Shown here: piece by piece, positions 26,091 through 35,522 of the stretch | Layout: every line of letters starts with the position of its first letter | Position numbering within the stretch: position 1 is the first letter of the stretch | Assembly (NCBI GenBank): GCA_015222495.1 | Contig: JADFVK010000104.1 | Span: 1 to 46,928, forward strand | DNA: 46,928 nucleotides | Direction: 5' to 3' | Source: Pseudomonadota bacterium | GTDB taxonomy: Bacteria; Pseudomonadota; Gammaproteobacteria; GRL18 | Translations under genes and position numbers: made by a program | The notes under the pieces: generated by a model | Seen by the model: only the letters and a program-made list of their open reading frames with translations | Told to the model about the DNA's origin: nothing | Databases searched by the model: none

Positions 26091-26663
26091 TTACTTAGCA
26101 ACAGGTGCTTGTGGAGCAACTGGAGCCTGAGCTGACCATTGCTTCATTCTTTCTTCATAAGCTTGACGAGCTGCTTGCATTTTAGCTTGTTGCTGCTTTT
26201 GCATTTCCTGCATTCTTTTCTGCTGTGCTTCAAAACGAGCTTTCGCTTCTGGGCTTGGTGCCATAGGAGCCATCATTTGAGGAGCAGCCATAGGTGCTTG
26301 TGGAGCATAACCATAAGGACCACTATTATTCATGTAGCGGTTATCACCATAGCTTTGAAGGCGATTATCCCAGTTATTGTAACCATTACCAGAAAAATTA
26401 CTATTACCTGAACCGCGAGTATTTCCTTTACCACGACCACGACCCTTTGCCTTAATTGTGATTTCTACATCACCATCCATGTCTGCATCACCTGAACCAT
26501 CACCCCAACCATTACCATAACCATTGCCATAAGCATTGTTATTCATGTTGTTGTAACCACCACCATTCCAGTTTGTGTTACTATTTCCATCATCCCAAAA
26601 TGCGTTGGCTGACATAGAAACTGTAGTAGCGGCGATTGCTGCAGCGATTAATAATTTTTTCAT
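26091..26663 (-). CDS. Sulfur globule protein-like secreted protein
   Basis: Sec signal ending ANA-FW; G/N/Y/W-rich region, GRGRG, YGYAP, then P/A/Q/M-rich and coiled-coil tail; no Cys; GGAG RBS. Confidence 0.7.
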   Translation of the reverse strand: MKKLLIAAAIAATTVSMSANAFWDDGNSNTNWNGGGYNNMNNNAYGNGYGNGWGDGSGDADMDGDVEITIKAKGRGRGKGNTRGSGNSNFSGNGYNNWDNRLQSYGDNRYMNNSGPYGYAPQAPMAAPQMMAPMAPSPEAKARFEAQQKRMQEMQKQQQAKMQAARQAYEERMKQWSAQAPVAPQAPVAK

Positions 26664-26807
26664 TTTATACTCTCCAAAATATTAAAATAAGTGTTTAATG
26701 TGTGTTGTTAGTAATAAGCTTATCTAAGTAAGCTTTCTTATTCACTGGAGCTAGTATATATCTACTCTCCTATATTAGCAAGCATTAATATTGATTTTTT
26801 GTAATTT

Positions 26808-27935
26808 TTATCGTCTCAATTCTGGAGGAATAGGTAAATTCGATAAATCAGGCTTCTCACTTTCACTTACTTCACCATTTTTTAACTGGAAAACGTAGGC
26901 CAGTATTTGTGCTACAGCAACATACAGGCCTGCAGGTATCTCATCTCCAATTTCTACAGCATAATAAATAGCACGAGAAAGGGGTGGAATTTCCAGCGTG
27001 GGTATTTCATGGGCCTTAGCCACATTACGAATTTGCAAAGCAACCAGGTCACCACCTTTGGCTAGCAAAACAGGGGCTCCTGTACCTTCTGGCTCATATT
27101 GCAAGGCAACAGCAAAATGAGTTGGATTAGTAATAATAACATCGGCCTTAGGTACATCACCCATCATACGCTGCATAGCCATTTCAAGCTGTATACGTTT
27201 TTGACGTCCTTTTACTTCTGGATTTCCTTCGGTATTCTTAGTTTCATCCTTAACTTCCTGTTTAGTCATTTTTAATTGTTCAGTATGTGTATATATTTGA
27301 TATGGAACATCAATTAACACAACCACTATCATACCCAGGGTGACTAATAAAAATTGCCAGGATATTAATTCCATTGCATGCACGAAGGCATCGGGGAAAA
27401 GTTCCTGAGATAAACCATATAGTTCAAACCGGGCAGCCCAGAGAAAATAAATAGCAATACCCCCTAATAGGCCAATCTTTAATATACTTTTAATTAATTC
27501 AACAAGGCCTTGTTTGCCAAATATTTTTTTTATACCCTTTACAGGATTTAATTTACTAAATTTAAAACCCATAGCTTCTGTACTAAAATTAAATCCTCCT
27601 AACAAAGCACTGGATAAAATACCTGTAATCACCACAATCAGAAAAAAAGGAATCAATGCAAACATCATTTTAGAAAGTTCAGGTTTAAAAATTAGAATTA
27701 ATTGTTGAGAGTCAAATAACACCTCCCGCTCAATAGAAAAATTAGTACGCATAATTGCAGTAATAACTTCAATGAGATCTTTGGCAAAAATAATTAAACC
27801 TATAATAGCCATTAATAAACCAAAAAATGTGGTCATTTCTTTAGAACGAGGTAGTTGTCCTTTCTTGCGGGCTTCAGATTGTTTTTTCGACGTGGGGTCT
27901 TCTGACTTATCCTGACCATCTGCATTTTCTGCCAT
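26808..27935 (-). CDS. flhB: Flagellar export protein FlhB
   Basis: KSEDPT.KK..EARKKGQLPRSKE, NPTH autocleavage motif. Confidence 0.98.
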   Translation of the reverse strand: MAENADGQDKSEDPTSKKQSEARKKGQLPRSKEMTTFFGLLMAIIGLIIFAKDLIEVITAIMRTNFSIEREVLFDSQQLILIFKPELSKMMFALIPFFLIVVITGILSSALLGGFNFSTEAMGFKFSKLNPVKGIKKIFGKQGLVELIKSILKIGLLGGIAIYFLWAARFELYGLSQELFPDAFVHAMELISWQFLLVTLGMIVVVLIDVPYQIYTHTEQLKMTKQEVKDETKNTEGNPEVKGRQKRIQLEMAMQRMMGDVPKADVIITNPTHFAVALQYEPEGTGAPVLLAKGGDLVALQIRNVAKAHEIPTLEIPPLSRAIYYAVEIGDEIPAGLYVAVAQILAYVFQLKNGEVSESEKPDLSNLPIPPELRR

Positions 27936-27937
27936 AA

Positions 27938-28762
27938 CTACTTCACTCCCGAAGAAGAAATAGCAGCAGATTCAGCACTGACAATGAGCATATCTTTCAC
28001 TAATTGAAAAATGTCATCCATGATTTGTACAAAATAAGGTACCAGGGTAGGAAATGTCACATAAATAATTGAGAAACCCAGAACAATAGTAATTAAGAAT
28101 CCAACTGAAAATGGGTTCAATTGTGGTGAAGCCTTTGCCATAACACCAAAGCTGACATTCACCATTAATAATGCAGTAATGGCTGGTAATACCATCATTA
28201 CTGCACTGAGAAACATTTTACTACTCCAGTTAAACAGCATCCAATATCCGGTGGGACTAATACCATTTACTCCAATTGGTAAGACATGAAAGCTATTAAT
28301 TACTTCCCGTATCAGAATTAAATGCCCGTCCATAGCAAGATAAAGCAAGGTGGCAAACATTAAGTATAATTGCCCCACAACCGTCACCTGAACACCATCC
28401 TGAGGACTATTCATCATAGAAAAACCCAAGCCTGCCTGCATAGCCAGAATATGACCTGACATTACAAATATATTAAAGGCCAATTGCAATGCAAAGCCCA
28501 TTGCAGCACCAATAATAACTTGATGAAAAGCAATTAATACTGCATCACCACTAATAAATTCAACGACAGGTAAAGGGGGTAATATAGGAGCCACTACCAT
28601 GGTTATGGCAATAGCCGAAGCCACTCTGATTCTGACAGGAACAGATTGGGAAGAAAAAATAGGGGCAACCAGCATCATCGCACTAATTCTGGTAAAAGGC
28701 CAAATCCATGCACCCAAAAAAGCAGTAATTTCAGCGGTACTAAACACCTTAGCCGCCACCAA
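27938..28762 (-). CDS. fliR: Flagellar export protein FliR
   Basis: APIFSSQSVPVRIR, DGHL, KASPQLN. Confidence 0.97.
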   Translation of the reverse strand: MVAAKVFSTAEITAFLGAWIWPFTRISAMMLVAPIFSSQSVPVRIRVASAIAITMVVAPILPPLPVVEFISGDAVLIAFHQVIIGAAMGFALQLAFNIFVMSGHILAMQAGLGFSMMNSPQDGVQVTVVGQLYLMFATLLYLAMDGHLILIREVINSFHVLPIGVNGISPTGYWMLFNWSSKMFLSAVMMVLPAITALLMVNVSFGVMAKASPQLNPFSVGFLITIVLGFSIIYVTFPTLVPYFVQIMDDIFQLVKDMLIVSAESAAISSSGVK

Positions 28763-29024
28763 TATAAAGAGGTATATTCATAAACATCTGTGTCATGAAC
28801 TCTGTTAAACGCCCTAACATATAGGGACCTGCATACATTAAGACAGAGAAAGTCACCAGCAGTTTAGGAATAAATGTTAGGGTTTGCTCACTAATAGATG
28901 TGGCTGCCTGAAACATACTCACCAATAAACCAACCACTAATGCAGGAATTAGGATGATTAATAATAAAATAATAATCAGATAAACTGCACCTTGTAATAT
29001 ATCTAATACGGATTCAGGTGTCAT
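28749..29024 (-). CDS. fliQ: Flagellar export protein FliQ
   Basis: GLLVSMFQAATSISEQTLTFIPK. Confidence 0.98.
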   Translation of the reverse strand: MTPESVLDILQGAVYLIIILLLIILIPALVVGLLVSMFQAATSISEQTLTFIPKLLVTFSVLMYAGPYMLGRLTEFMTQMFMNIPLYIGGG

Positions 29025-29052
29025 AGTATATTCCTATTTTACAAGCTAATAA

Positions 29053-29799
29053 CTAAATATAATAACTGGATGCTAAAGTACCCATAATCATTGACCATCC
29101 ATCGACCAGAACAAATAACATTAATTTAAATGGCATCGACACAATTAATGGTGACAGCATCATCATACCCATTGACATCAACACACTCGCCACCACCAGA
29201 TCAATAATCAAAAAGGGAATAAATATCAGAAAACCCATACTAAAGGCTGTTTTTAACTCACTGGTCACAAAAGAAGGAATTAATACTGTAAAAGGTACAT
29301 CAGCTGGTGTTTTATAAGGGCCTGTATCAGCAATCTCCGTAAACATAGTGAGATCCTTATCTCTTGTTTGTGCCAGCATAAATTCATGTAATGGAATACC
29401 GGCTTTTTTTAAAGCGGTTTCTGCTCCAATTTTCTCATCCAGATAAGGCTTAAACCCATCACTATACATTCGGTCAAATACGGGAGCCATAATAAAGAGC
29501 GTCATAAACAAACCTAAACCAACTAACACCTGTGCCGGTGGTGCCTGCATCAAACCTGTCGCCTGGCGCACGATAGCCAATACGATAATAATTCTGGTAA
29601 ACGAGGTCATCATTAATAACATAGAAGGCAATATGGTTATAACCGTCATTAACACCATAGCTTGTATGGTGACAGAATAGCTCTGTTCTCCATTAGCACC
29701 GGTAGTAACAGTGAGGGCTTCAAGTCCCTGAACAGCTAAAACTGTATTAGAAAACAAATAAAATGTCAGTAATATAAATATTGATATGATCCATTTCAT
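29053..29799 (-). CDS. fliP: Flagellar export protein FliP
   Basis: MTSFTRIIIVL, SELKTAF, PFKLMLFVLVDGW. Confidence 0.98.
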   Translation of the reverse strand: MKWIISIFILLTFYLFSNTVLAVQGLEALTVTTGANGEQSYSVTIQAMVLMTVITILPSMLLMMTSFTRIIIVLAIVRQATGLMQAPPAQVLVGLGLFMTLFIMAPVFDRMYSDGFKPYLDEKIGAETALKKAGIPLHEFMLAQTRDKDLTMFTEIADTGPYKTPADVPFTVLIPSFVTSELKTAFSMGFLIFIPFLIIDLVVASVLMSMGMMMLSPLIVSMPFKLMLFVLVDGWSMIMGTLASSYYI

Positions 29800-30407
29800 G
29801 CTTTTTTTACCACTGTAGATGAGTTTAAAACTTCATTCATTTTTTTTGAAAAAAGGTTTTTTTCTATTGTTGATTGATCTTTTTTTATATCAGATTCTCC
29901 AATATCAAGAGGCTCATCTAATATGCTTAAAGTATTAATTTGTGTCGCAGTAATCCCCACTAGTATTTGCTGCTGACCCACTTTAATCAATGCAATTTTT
30001 TCTTTTTGTCCTAAATTCAAAGTCGCTATTACACTTAATGTACCTTGTCCGGAAAGCTGGCCATAACCTGTTTTTCGCATAATCCAGGCCAGTGAAAAAA
30101 TCAGCAATAAAATAAACATTAACCCCAAAGAAACTGTGAGTGCATCTGTGGGCTCAGTCATTTCTTTTTTCTCACTAGCAGGTTCTTTTTGACGAGAGAG
30201 AAAAGAAAAAGGCTTTTTAGCAGGAGACGCTGCTTGTTCCTGTTGGGAAATATTTTCATCAACTTGTTGTATATTAGTCTCAGAAACTATATTGTTAGAT
30301 TCAGGCTGAAGGCTCTCCACTGAAAAACAAAAACCCGGAACAAAAAGGATAATAAAGCTAATACTTGTGAGCAAAGTATTTTTTTTGGTTGTAATATTCT
30401 TCAGCAT
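29796..30407 (-). CDS. fliO: Flagellar protein FliO
   Basis: TM then LGQKEKIALIKVGQQQILVGIT; between fliN and fliP. Confidence 0.92.
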   Translation of the reverse strand: MLKNITTKKNTLLTSISFIILFVPGFCFSVESLQPESNNIVSETNIQQVDENISQQEQAASPAKKPFSFLSRQKEPASEKKEMTEPTDALTVSLGLMFILLLIFSLAWIMRKTGYGQLSGQGTLSVIATLNLGQKEKIALIKVGQQQILVGITATQINTLSILDEPLDIGESDIKKDQSTIEKNLFSKKMNEVLNSSTVVKKA

Positions 30408-30418
30408 GAATAAAGTGC

Positions 30419-30808
30419 TTATTTAAGTTTTGTAATACGTTCAGCCGGACTAATAACATCGGTTAAGCGAATACCAAATTTATCATTAACCACAACGACT
30501 TCACCATGAGCAATAAGAGTACCATTAATCAAGACATCCATGGGCTCACCAGCTAACCTGTCCAGCTCAATAACTGATCCCTGGTTTAGTTTTAAAAGAT
30601 TTCTAATACTGATTTTCGTACGACCAATTTCCATTGATATATCAACTGGAACATCTAAAATCACATCCAGATTAACTTCTGAGTCATCACCGGAACCTTC
30701 ATCTTCAAGATTCTCAAAACCAGCGGTCTCTGCCTCTGATTGTTCATCCATGGCTTCTGACCAGGGATCCTCTTCTTCACCTTCTACCTTATCAGTTTCA
30801 TCATTCAT
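30419..30808 (-). CDS. fliN: Flagellar motor switch protein FliN
   Basis: LDVILDVPV, LDRLAGEP, GEVVVVNDKFGIR. Confidence 0.98.
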   Translation of the reverse strand: MNDETDKVEGEEEDPWSEAMDEQSEAETAGFENLEDEGSGDDSEVNLDVILDVPVDISMEIGRTKISIRNLLKLNQGSVIELDRLAGEPMDVLINGTLIAHGEVVVVNDKFGIRLTDVISPAERITKLK

Positions 30809-30846
30809 TATTCATTTCCAAATAAGTATTAATTGAGTACAAGTAT

Positions 30847-31926
30847 TTATGTATTAGGATTGGGCTTAGGTAAGGCATTTTCATCCTGTGTTTTTTCAGC
30901 ATCTGTTGAGTGATCAAAAACATCATCCAGAAAAGGAATTCCTGTCTCATGGTGAGTGCCTCTTTCTACCTTATCCACAATTTTAACAGCATATTGTGAA
31001 TTATGAATCCCATGATTAGCCTTAAAAACGGGAATCTCTTCAGCATAGACATTAATCTCATCTTTAAGATCAATGGGAATAATATCACCGGCTTTAAGAT
31101 CCATCACTTCCCGTAAAGATAAAGTTGTATTGGCCATAACTGAAGATACTTCAACCTCAGCAGTTTTTATTTCATCCCCTAAAGCTATACTCCAACGGTC
31201 ATCCGTATTATTTTTATCACTTTGTATTCCGGCATCCAGTAATTCACGAATCGGCTCTAACATAGAATAAGGCATAGAAATATGAATATTTCCTCCTCCT
31301 CCTTCTAATTCAACATGCAGGCTACTTACCACAACCACTTCTGATGGGCTGACAATATTAGCAAACTGTGGGTTAACTTCACGACTAAGAAATTCAAACT
31401 CTATAGGTAAAACAGGTTCCCAGGCTTTAATTAAATCCTTAAAACAAATTTCCATAAACATATGAATAACTCTTTGCTCTGTCGGTGTAAATTCACGGCC
31501 TTCTATTTTTGCATGAAACTTCCCTTCACCACCAAAGTAATTATCTACCAGAATAAAAACCAGTGTAGGCTCAATAACCAGTAGTGCAGTCCCCTTCAGT
31601 GGTTTTATTTTAATCAGATTTAAGCTGGTAGGAACAAATAGAGTATGAATATACTCACCAAACTTTAATGTTTGAATACCACCGACAGAAATTTCAGTAG
31701 AGCGTCTCAACATATTAAACATGCTGATACGAAGATAACGAGCAAAACGCTCATTAATCATTTCAAGAGTTGGCATTCTCCCGCGCACAATACGATCTTC
31801 ACTATTAAAATCGTATCCTCTAGCCTCACTATGGTCTATTTCCTCATCTTCATCTGTATCGACATCACCATCATCAACACCATGTAATAAAGCATCAATT
31901 TCATCTTGAGAAAGTAGATCAGTCAC
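30847..31926 (-). CDS. fliM: Flagellar motor switch protein FliM
   Basis: LLSQDEIDALL CheY-binding peptide, RGRMPTLEMINERFAR. Confidence 0.98.
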   Translation of the reverse strand: MTDLLSQDEIDALLHGVDDGDVDTDEDEEIDHSEARGYDFNSEDRIVRGRMPTLEMINERFARYLRISMFNMLRRSTEISVGGIQTLKFGEYIHTLFVPTSLNLIKIKPLKGTALLVIEPTLVFILVDNYFGGEGKFHAKIEGREFTPTEQRVIHMFMEICFKDLIKAWEPVLPIEFEFLSREVNPQFANIVSPSEVVVVSSLHVELEGGGGNIHISMPYSMLEPIRELLDAGIQSDKNNTDDRWSIALGDEIKTAEVEVSSVMANTTLSLREVMDLKAGDIIPIDLKDEINVYAEEIPVFKANHGIHNSQYAVKIVDKVERGTHHETGIPFLDDVFDHSTDAEKTQDENALPKPNPNT

Positions 31927-31980
31927 AATTCTTCCCGTGTACTATATTCAGGTTTATAATAGATTTTTTCAATATCATTT

Positions 31981-32526
31981 TTACTGCATCACAAAACTAG
32001 TAAAATAAAGGTTGGTAATACCTTTTTTAACCTTACGTTGTTTCAGTATTCCATTTATAACTTCTATCAACTCTGCACGTAATTGTTCTTTACCTTCAGG
32101 CGTTATCATTTCTTCATATTTTTGACCGCTAAGCAATAAAACAATCTCATTACGTATCACAGGAGAATGTTTCTTAACAGCAGCAGATGCTTTTTCATTA
32201 GTCATAACAACCTCAAGACCAATCTGCATATATCTTGCCTTGCTCTTACCTTCAAAGTTTAACACAAAGGCGGGTTCCAGGGGCCAGTATATAAGTTCTG
32301 CATTTTCTTCAGCAACTGCTTCTTCACCTTCCCCTTTAGCTGTCTGTTCGGTATCTGTTTGCTCAGCTTCACCATCAAAAAAACCGGTTGCAAAAAGTCC
32401 ACCAACGACACCGACAATAAGAAGTAAAACAACACCAATAATAATGATAATCATCATTTTTTTTGATTTTGGTGCTCCCTCTTCACCTTCGATATCACCA
32501 TCCAGTTCCAGATCATCGCTTGCCAT
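31981..32526 (-). CDS. fliL: Flagellar basal body protein FliL
   Basis: N-terminal TM, FVLNF, PVIRNEI, LYFTSFVMQ. Confidence 0.96.
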   Translation of the reverse strand: MASDDLELDGDIEGEEGAPKSKKMMIIIIIGVVLLLIVGVVGGLFATGFFDGEAEQTDTEQTAKGEGEEAVAEENAELIYWPLEPAFVLNFEGKSKARYMQIGLEVVMTNEKASAAVKKHSPVIRNEIVLLLSGQKYEEMITPEGKEQLRAELIEVINGILKQRKVKKGITNLYFTSFVMQ

Positions 32527-32603
32527 TTTAAATTCCTATTTTGTTATCTACTCAATCACAGAGTATTTAATGCAGCTATCATACTTTCCAGCAAAAGATA
32601 TCT

Positions 32604-33062
32604 TTATAAAATTGATGAAAGATGATGAGTGGAAGTTTCATTTTTTAAAGCACTTTCAAGAATCTCTTTCAATAGTAAGTTAAGTTGCTTCTTTTCATCT
32701 CTATGTAACATCTGCTTATTTGGATAAGTCAAAGCCGATTGTATAGGACTCTCTCCCTGATAAGCAATAACTTCTATTACGCATGCATCATGACAAACCC
32801 TTAGTTCCATATTAATCACTGATAATGGAGCAAACGTAGTTATCAATGACTGCTGCAAAACTATTAAACTTGTATATTTAAATTGCTCTAAAATTCTGAT
32901 GCTTAGTTTTGATATCGGCAGATCAATAATTTTATTTAGTTTTATTGCTTTTAAATTTGGAATAAGTCGACTTAAACGTCGATAATTAGCTTCATACAAA
33001 GCTGTTGGAGTTGTATTGGTGTAATTTTTGCGCAATTGTGAATCAATAATGGTATGACTCAT
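32604..33062 (-). CDS. DUF1249 (YqiB-like) protein
   Basis: LYEANYRRLSRLIP, KYTS, RVCHDACVIEV, DEKKQLN. Confidence 0.85.
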   Translation of the reverse strand: MSHTIIDSQLRKNYTNTTPTALYEANYRRLSRLIPNLKAIKLNKIIDLPISKLSIRILEQFKYTSLIVLQQSLITTFAPLSVINMELRVCHDACVIEVIAYQGESPIQSALTYPNKQMLHRDEKKQLNLLLKEILESALKNETSTHHLSSIL

Positions 33063-33064
33063 CC

Positions 33065-33763
33065 CTACTCCAATTTTGAACGCAAACGTAATTGAGCCTG
33101 GCTCAGTAATTGACTTACTCGTGACTCACTCACCCCCATTAACACACCCACTTCCTTTAAATTCATTTCTGTATCATAATACAATGACATTACCATTTTT
33201 TCACGTTCCGGCAATTCAGTAATTGCCCTGGCAAGATCTTGTTTAAATTCTTCCTCAATAATATCTGAGACTACATTACTTTGTCTATCTTCAAAGATAC
33301 CCAGGCTTTGTGTGTCATCTGATTCTAAATCATCAAAGCTCAGCATACGACAGGTATTACCATCTTTAAGGATTTGATAATATTCATCCATCCCTATTCC
33401 CATCTCCTGAGCTACTTCAATATCACGTGCATCTCGTCCTGTTCTACGCTCAATTTCCTGCATTGCCGCAGTTAAGTCACGAGCCTTCTTATGCACAGAC
33501 TTTGGTGCCCAGTCACTACGTCTAACTTCATCCAGAATAGCACCACGAATACGTATTGTCGCATATGTCTCAAACTGTGCACCCTGCTTAGGATCGTATT
33601 GTTTACTGGCATCTAACAATCCAATAAGGCCAGATTGAATAATATCATCAATATGTATATCCGCTGGTAATCGGCCCACTAAATGATAGGATATTTTTTT
33701 AACCAGCGGAGTATATTTTTCCAGCAATTGTTCCGCTAGTTGTTTGCCTTCGGAAGTATACAT
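33065..33763 (-). CDS. fliA: Flagellar sigma factor sigma-28
   Basis: FETYATIRIRGAILDEVRRSDWAP, GVSESRVSQ. Confidence 0.97.
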   Translation of the reverse strand: MYTSEGKQLAEQLLEKYTPLVKKISYHLVGRLPADIHIDDIIQSGLIGLLDASKQYDPKQGAQFETYATIRIRGAILDEVRRSDWAPKSVHKKARDLTAAMQEIERRTGRDARDIEVAQEMGIGMDEYYQILKDGNTCRMLSFDDLESDDTQSLGIFEDRQSNVVSDIIEEEFKQDLARAITELPEREKMVMSLYYDTEMNLKEVGVLMGVSESRVSQLLSQAQLRLRSKLE

Positions 33764-33948
33764 TTTAACCAGTTTTATTCATTATTATTAAATAATTACT
33801 CTATTAATGGGTGAGCCTATATTTTAGATTTAAGTCTAATTGATAAGATTATAGCAGATAGATAGAAATAGGTGACTTTTTTCAGTCAATTATTGAAGAT
33901 TGTTTGAAGGGATTTTTTGTTATCAGTATTAATGTCTATAGAGGTACT

Positions 33949-34179
33949 TCAGGATTTTTCATCTAATAAAGAACCCAGCATTTCATCAACAGTTTCTATG
34001 ACTTTTCCAGAAGCAAGTACCTGGTATTGATTCATTTTCATATCAACTGCTTCTTTAATATGAATACCTGGATCTTCAATGGCTTCCTTGCTGGCTAAAA
34101 CAGCCGCATTTTTAGTCATTTTTGCCATACCAGTTTGTATACCATTTTGAGCTATGGCCATAATACTATTGTCTGACAT
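33949..34179 (-). CDS. Small hypothetical protein resembling flagellar rod/hook terminal segments
   Basis: AGGAGG RBS before ATG 34179; C-terminus ASGKVIETVDEMLGSLLD. Confidence 0.7.
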   Translation of the reverse strand: MSDNSIMAIAQNGIQTGMAKMTKNAAVLASKEAIEDPGIHIKEAVDMKMNQYQVLASGKVIETVDEMLGSLLDEKS

Positions 34180-34251
34180 TAGAACCTCCTGAATTAAAAA
34201 AATCTGGAACAAAGCTATTGGCGTCCAATAAAACTAACACTTTAGTCTATT

Positions 34252-34902
34252 TTAATACCATAATTTTTTCACTTCATCTCTATTTAACATCAGCCATTGC
34301 ATAGAGATTATGGTACTGGCATTATTCAGACGTCCCTCTTTTAACCATTGCACTGCCTTCTCAAAAGAAATCACCTTCACTCGAATATCTTCTCCCTCCT
34401 CCTCCAGACCATAAATTCCATCAACATTTTTACTATTGACACAGGCACAAAATAGTTTTGTTGTTTCCGAACTGCCACCTGGACTGGAATAAAAATCAGT
34501 AATAAATTTTACATGTAATAAAGTACAGCCGGCTTCTTCAATCGCTTCCCTGTGAGCAACATCTTCATGAAATTCACCTGCTTCAACAATACCGGCTATA
34601 ATTTCATATAACCAGGGAGTGTCAGTATCAGCAGTTATGTTTTCACTGGCAATATTCACATAAGCACCAATACGAAACTGCTCCAGTAAAACAATATTAT
34701 CCAACCAGGGATCATAGGCTAATACTCCCACTGCATGGCCTCGTTCCAGACATTCACGTATAATGACTTTAGAATTTCCGCCCTGAAACAAAGCATGCTG
34801 AAGTGCATATTGTTTAAGAGAAAAGAAGCCATCATAACCACTCTCTTTGTGGACTAAAGAAACATCTAATTGGGTAAACTTTTTCACTTTCATAGTATTC
34901 AC
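34252..34902 (-). CDS. nudF: ADP-ribose pyrophosphatase (Nudix)
   Basis: LEQFRIGA, Nudix box GIVEAGEFHEDVAHREAIEEAG, SPGGSSE, EGEDIRV. Confidence 0.93.
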   Translation of the reverse strand: MNTMKVKKFTQLDVSLVHKESGYDGFFSLKQYALQHALFQGGNSKVIIRECLERGHAVGVLAYDPWLDNIVLLEQFRIGAYVNIASENITADTDTPWLYEIIAGIVEAGEFHEDVAHREAIEEAGCTLLHVKFITDFYSSPGGSSETTKLFCACVNSKNVDGIYGLEEEGEDIRVKVISFEKAVQWLKEGRLNNASTIISMQWLMLNRDEVKKLWY

Positions 34903-34920
34903 TCATGTTATAATTTCCTG

Positions 34921-35478
34921 ATGATAACACTCACAAAATACAAAAACACCCCGTTACTGGGTTTTGCAGCCTATAGCGGCACCGGTAAAACCACCTTACT
35001 TGAGCAATTAATTCCTGCACTCAAACACATTAATATTAACATTGCATTAGTCAAGCATACACATCATGAAAAATTTGATATAGACCGGCCGGGAAAAGAC
35101 AGTTATCGCTTACGCAAAGCAGGGGCGCAGCAAGTATTAGTTGCTTCTGCAAAACGTTGGGCTTTAATGGTTGAACATCCAGGCGAGCAAATTAAATCAA
35201 AGCCTGAACCAAACTTATATGAACTAATAACTCATTTGGATTTAAACAAAATAGATTTAATTCTAGTTGAGGGATTTAAGCATGAAACAATGAGTAAAAT
35301 TGAGTTACATAGGCCACAGCTTGAGAAACCGCTTCTGCACCCACATGATCCTGATATCATAGCCATCGCAAGTAATGAAATGCAACTGGAACATTATTAT
35401 CCGGATCAAATTCAATGCCCTGTTCTTGATTTAAATAATATCAATGAAATAACTAAATTTATACAACAACATCTATAA
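34921..35478 (+). CDS. mobB: Molybdopterin-guanine dinucleotide biosynthesis protein B
   Basis: GFAAYSGTGKTTL, DRPGKDSYRLRKAGA, LVEGFK; ATG 34921 preferred over 34870, which overlaps nudF. Confidence 0.95.
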   Translation: MITLTKYKNTPLLGFAAYSGTGKTTLLEQLIPALKHININIALVKHTHHEKFDIDRPGKDSYRLRKAGAQQVLVASAKRWALMVEHPGEQIKSKPEPNLYELITHLDLNKIDLILVEGFKHETMSKIELHRPQLEKPLLHPHDPDIIAIASNEMQLEHYYPDQIQCPVLDLNNINEITKFIQQHL

Positions 35479-35522
35479 ACTTTTGCTCAAACAAGCATTA
35501 AAAACAACAGGACCAATCTACA

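Noticed and set aside
26772-26791. ATATTAG-N6-TTAATAT as a shared sulfur-regulon operator (similar text near 9603)
   Set aside because: Almost all A/T in AT-rich spacers; other copies too degenerate to separate from chance by eye.
32240-32683. 147-aa plus-strand ORF and other antisense ORFs over fli, proS, glgP, moeA, exb genes
   Set aside because: Antisense shadows of well-supported genes.
34214-34246. Sigma-28 promoter upstream of the small flagellar-like gene
   Set aside because: TAAA and GCCAATAG are 18 nt apart instead of 15.
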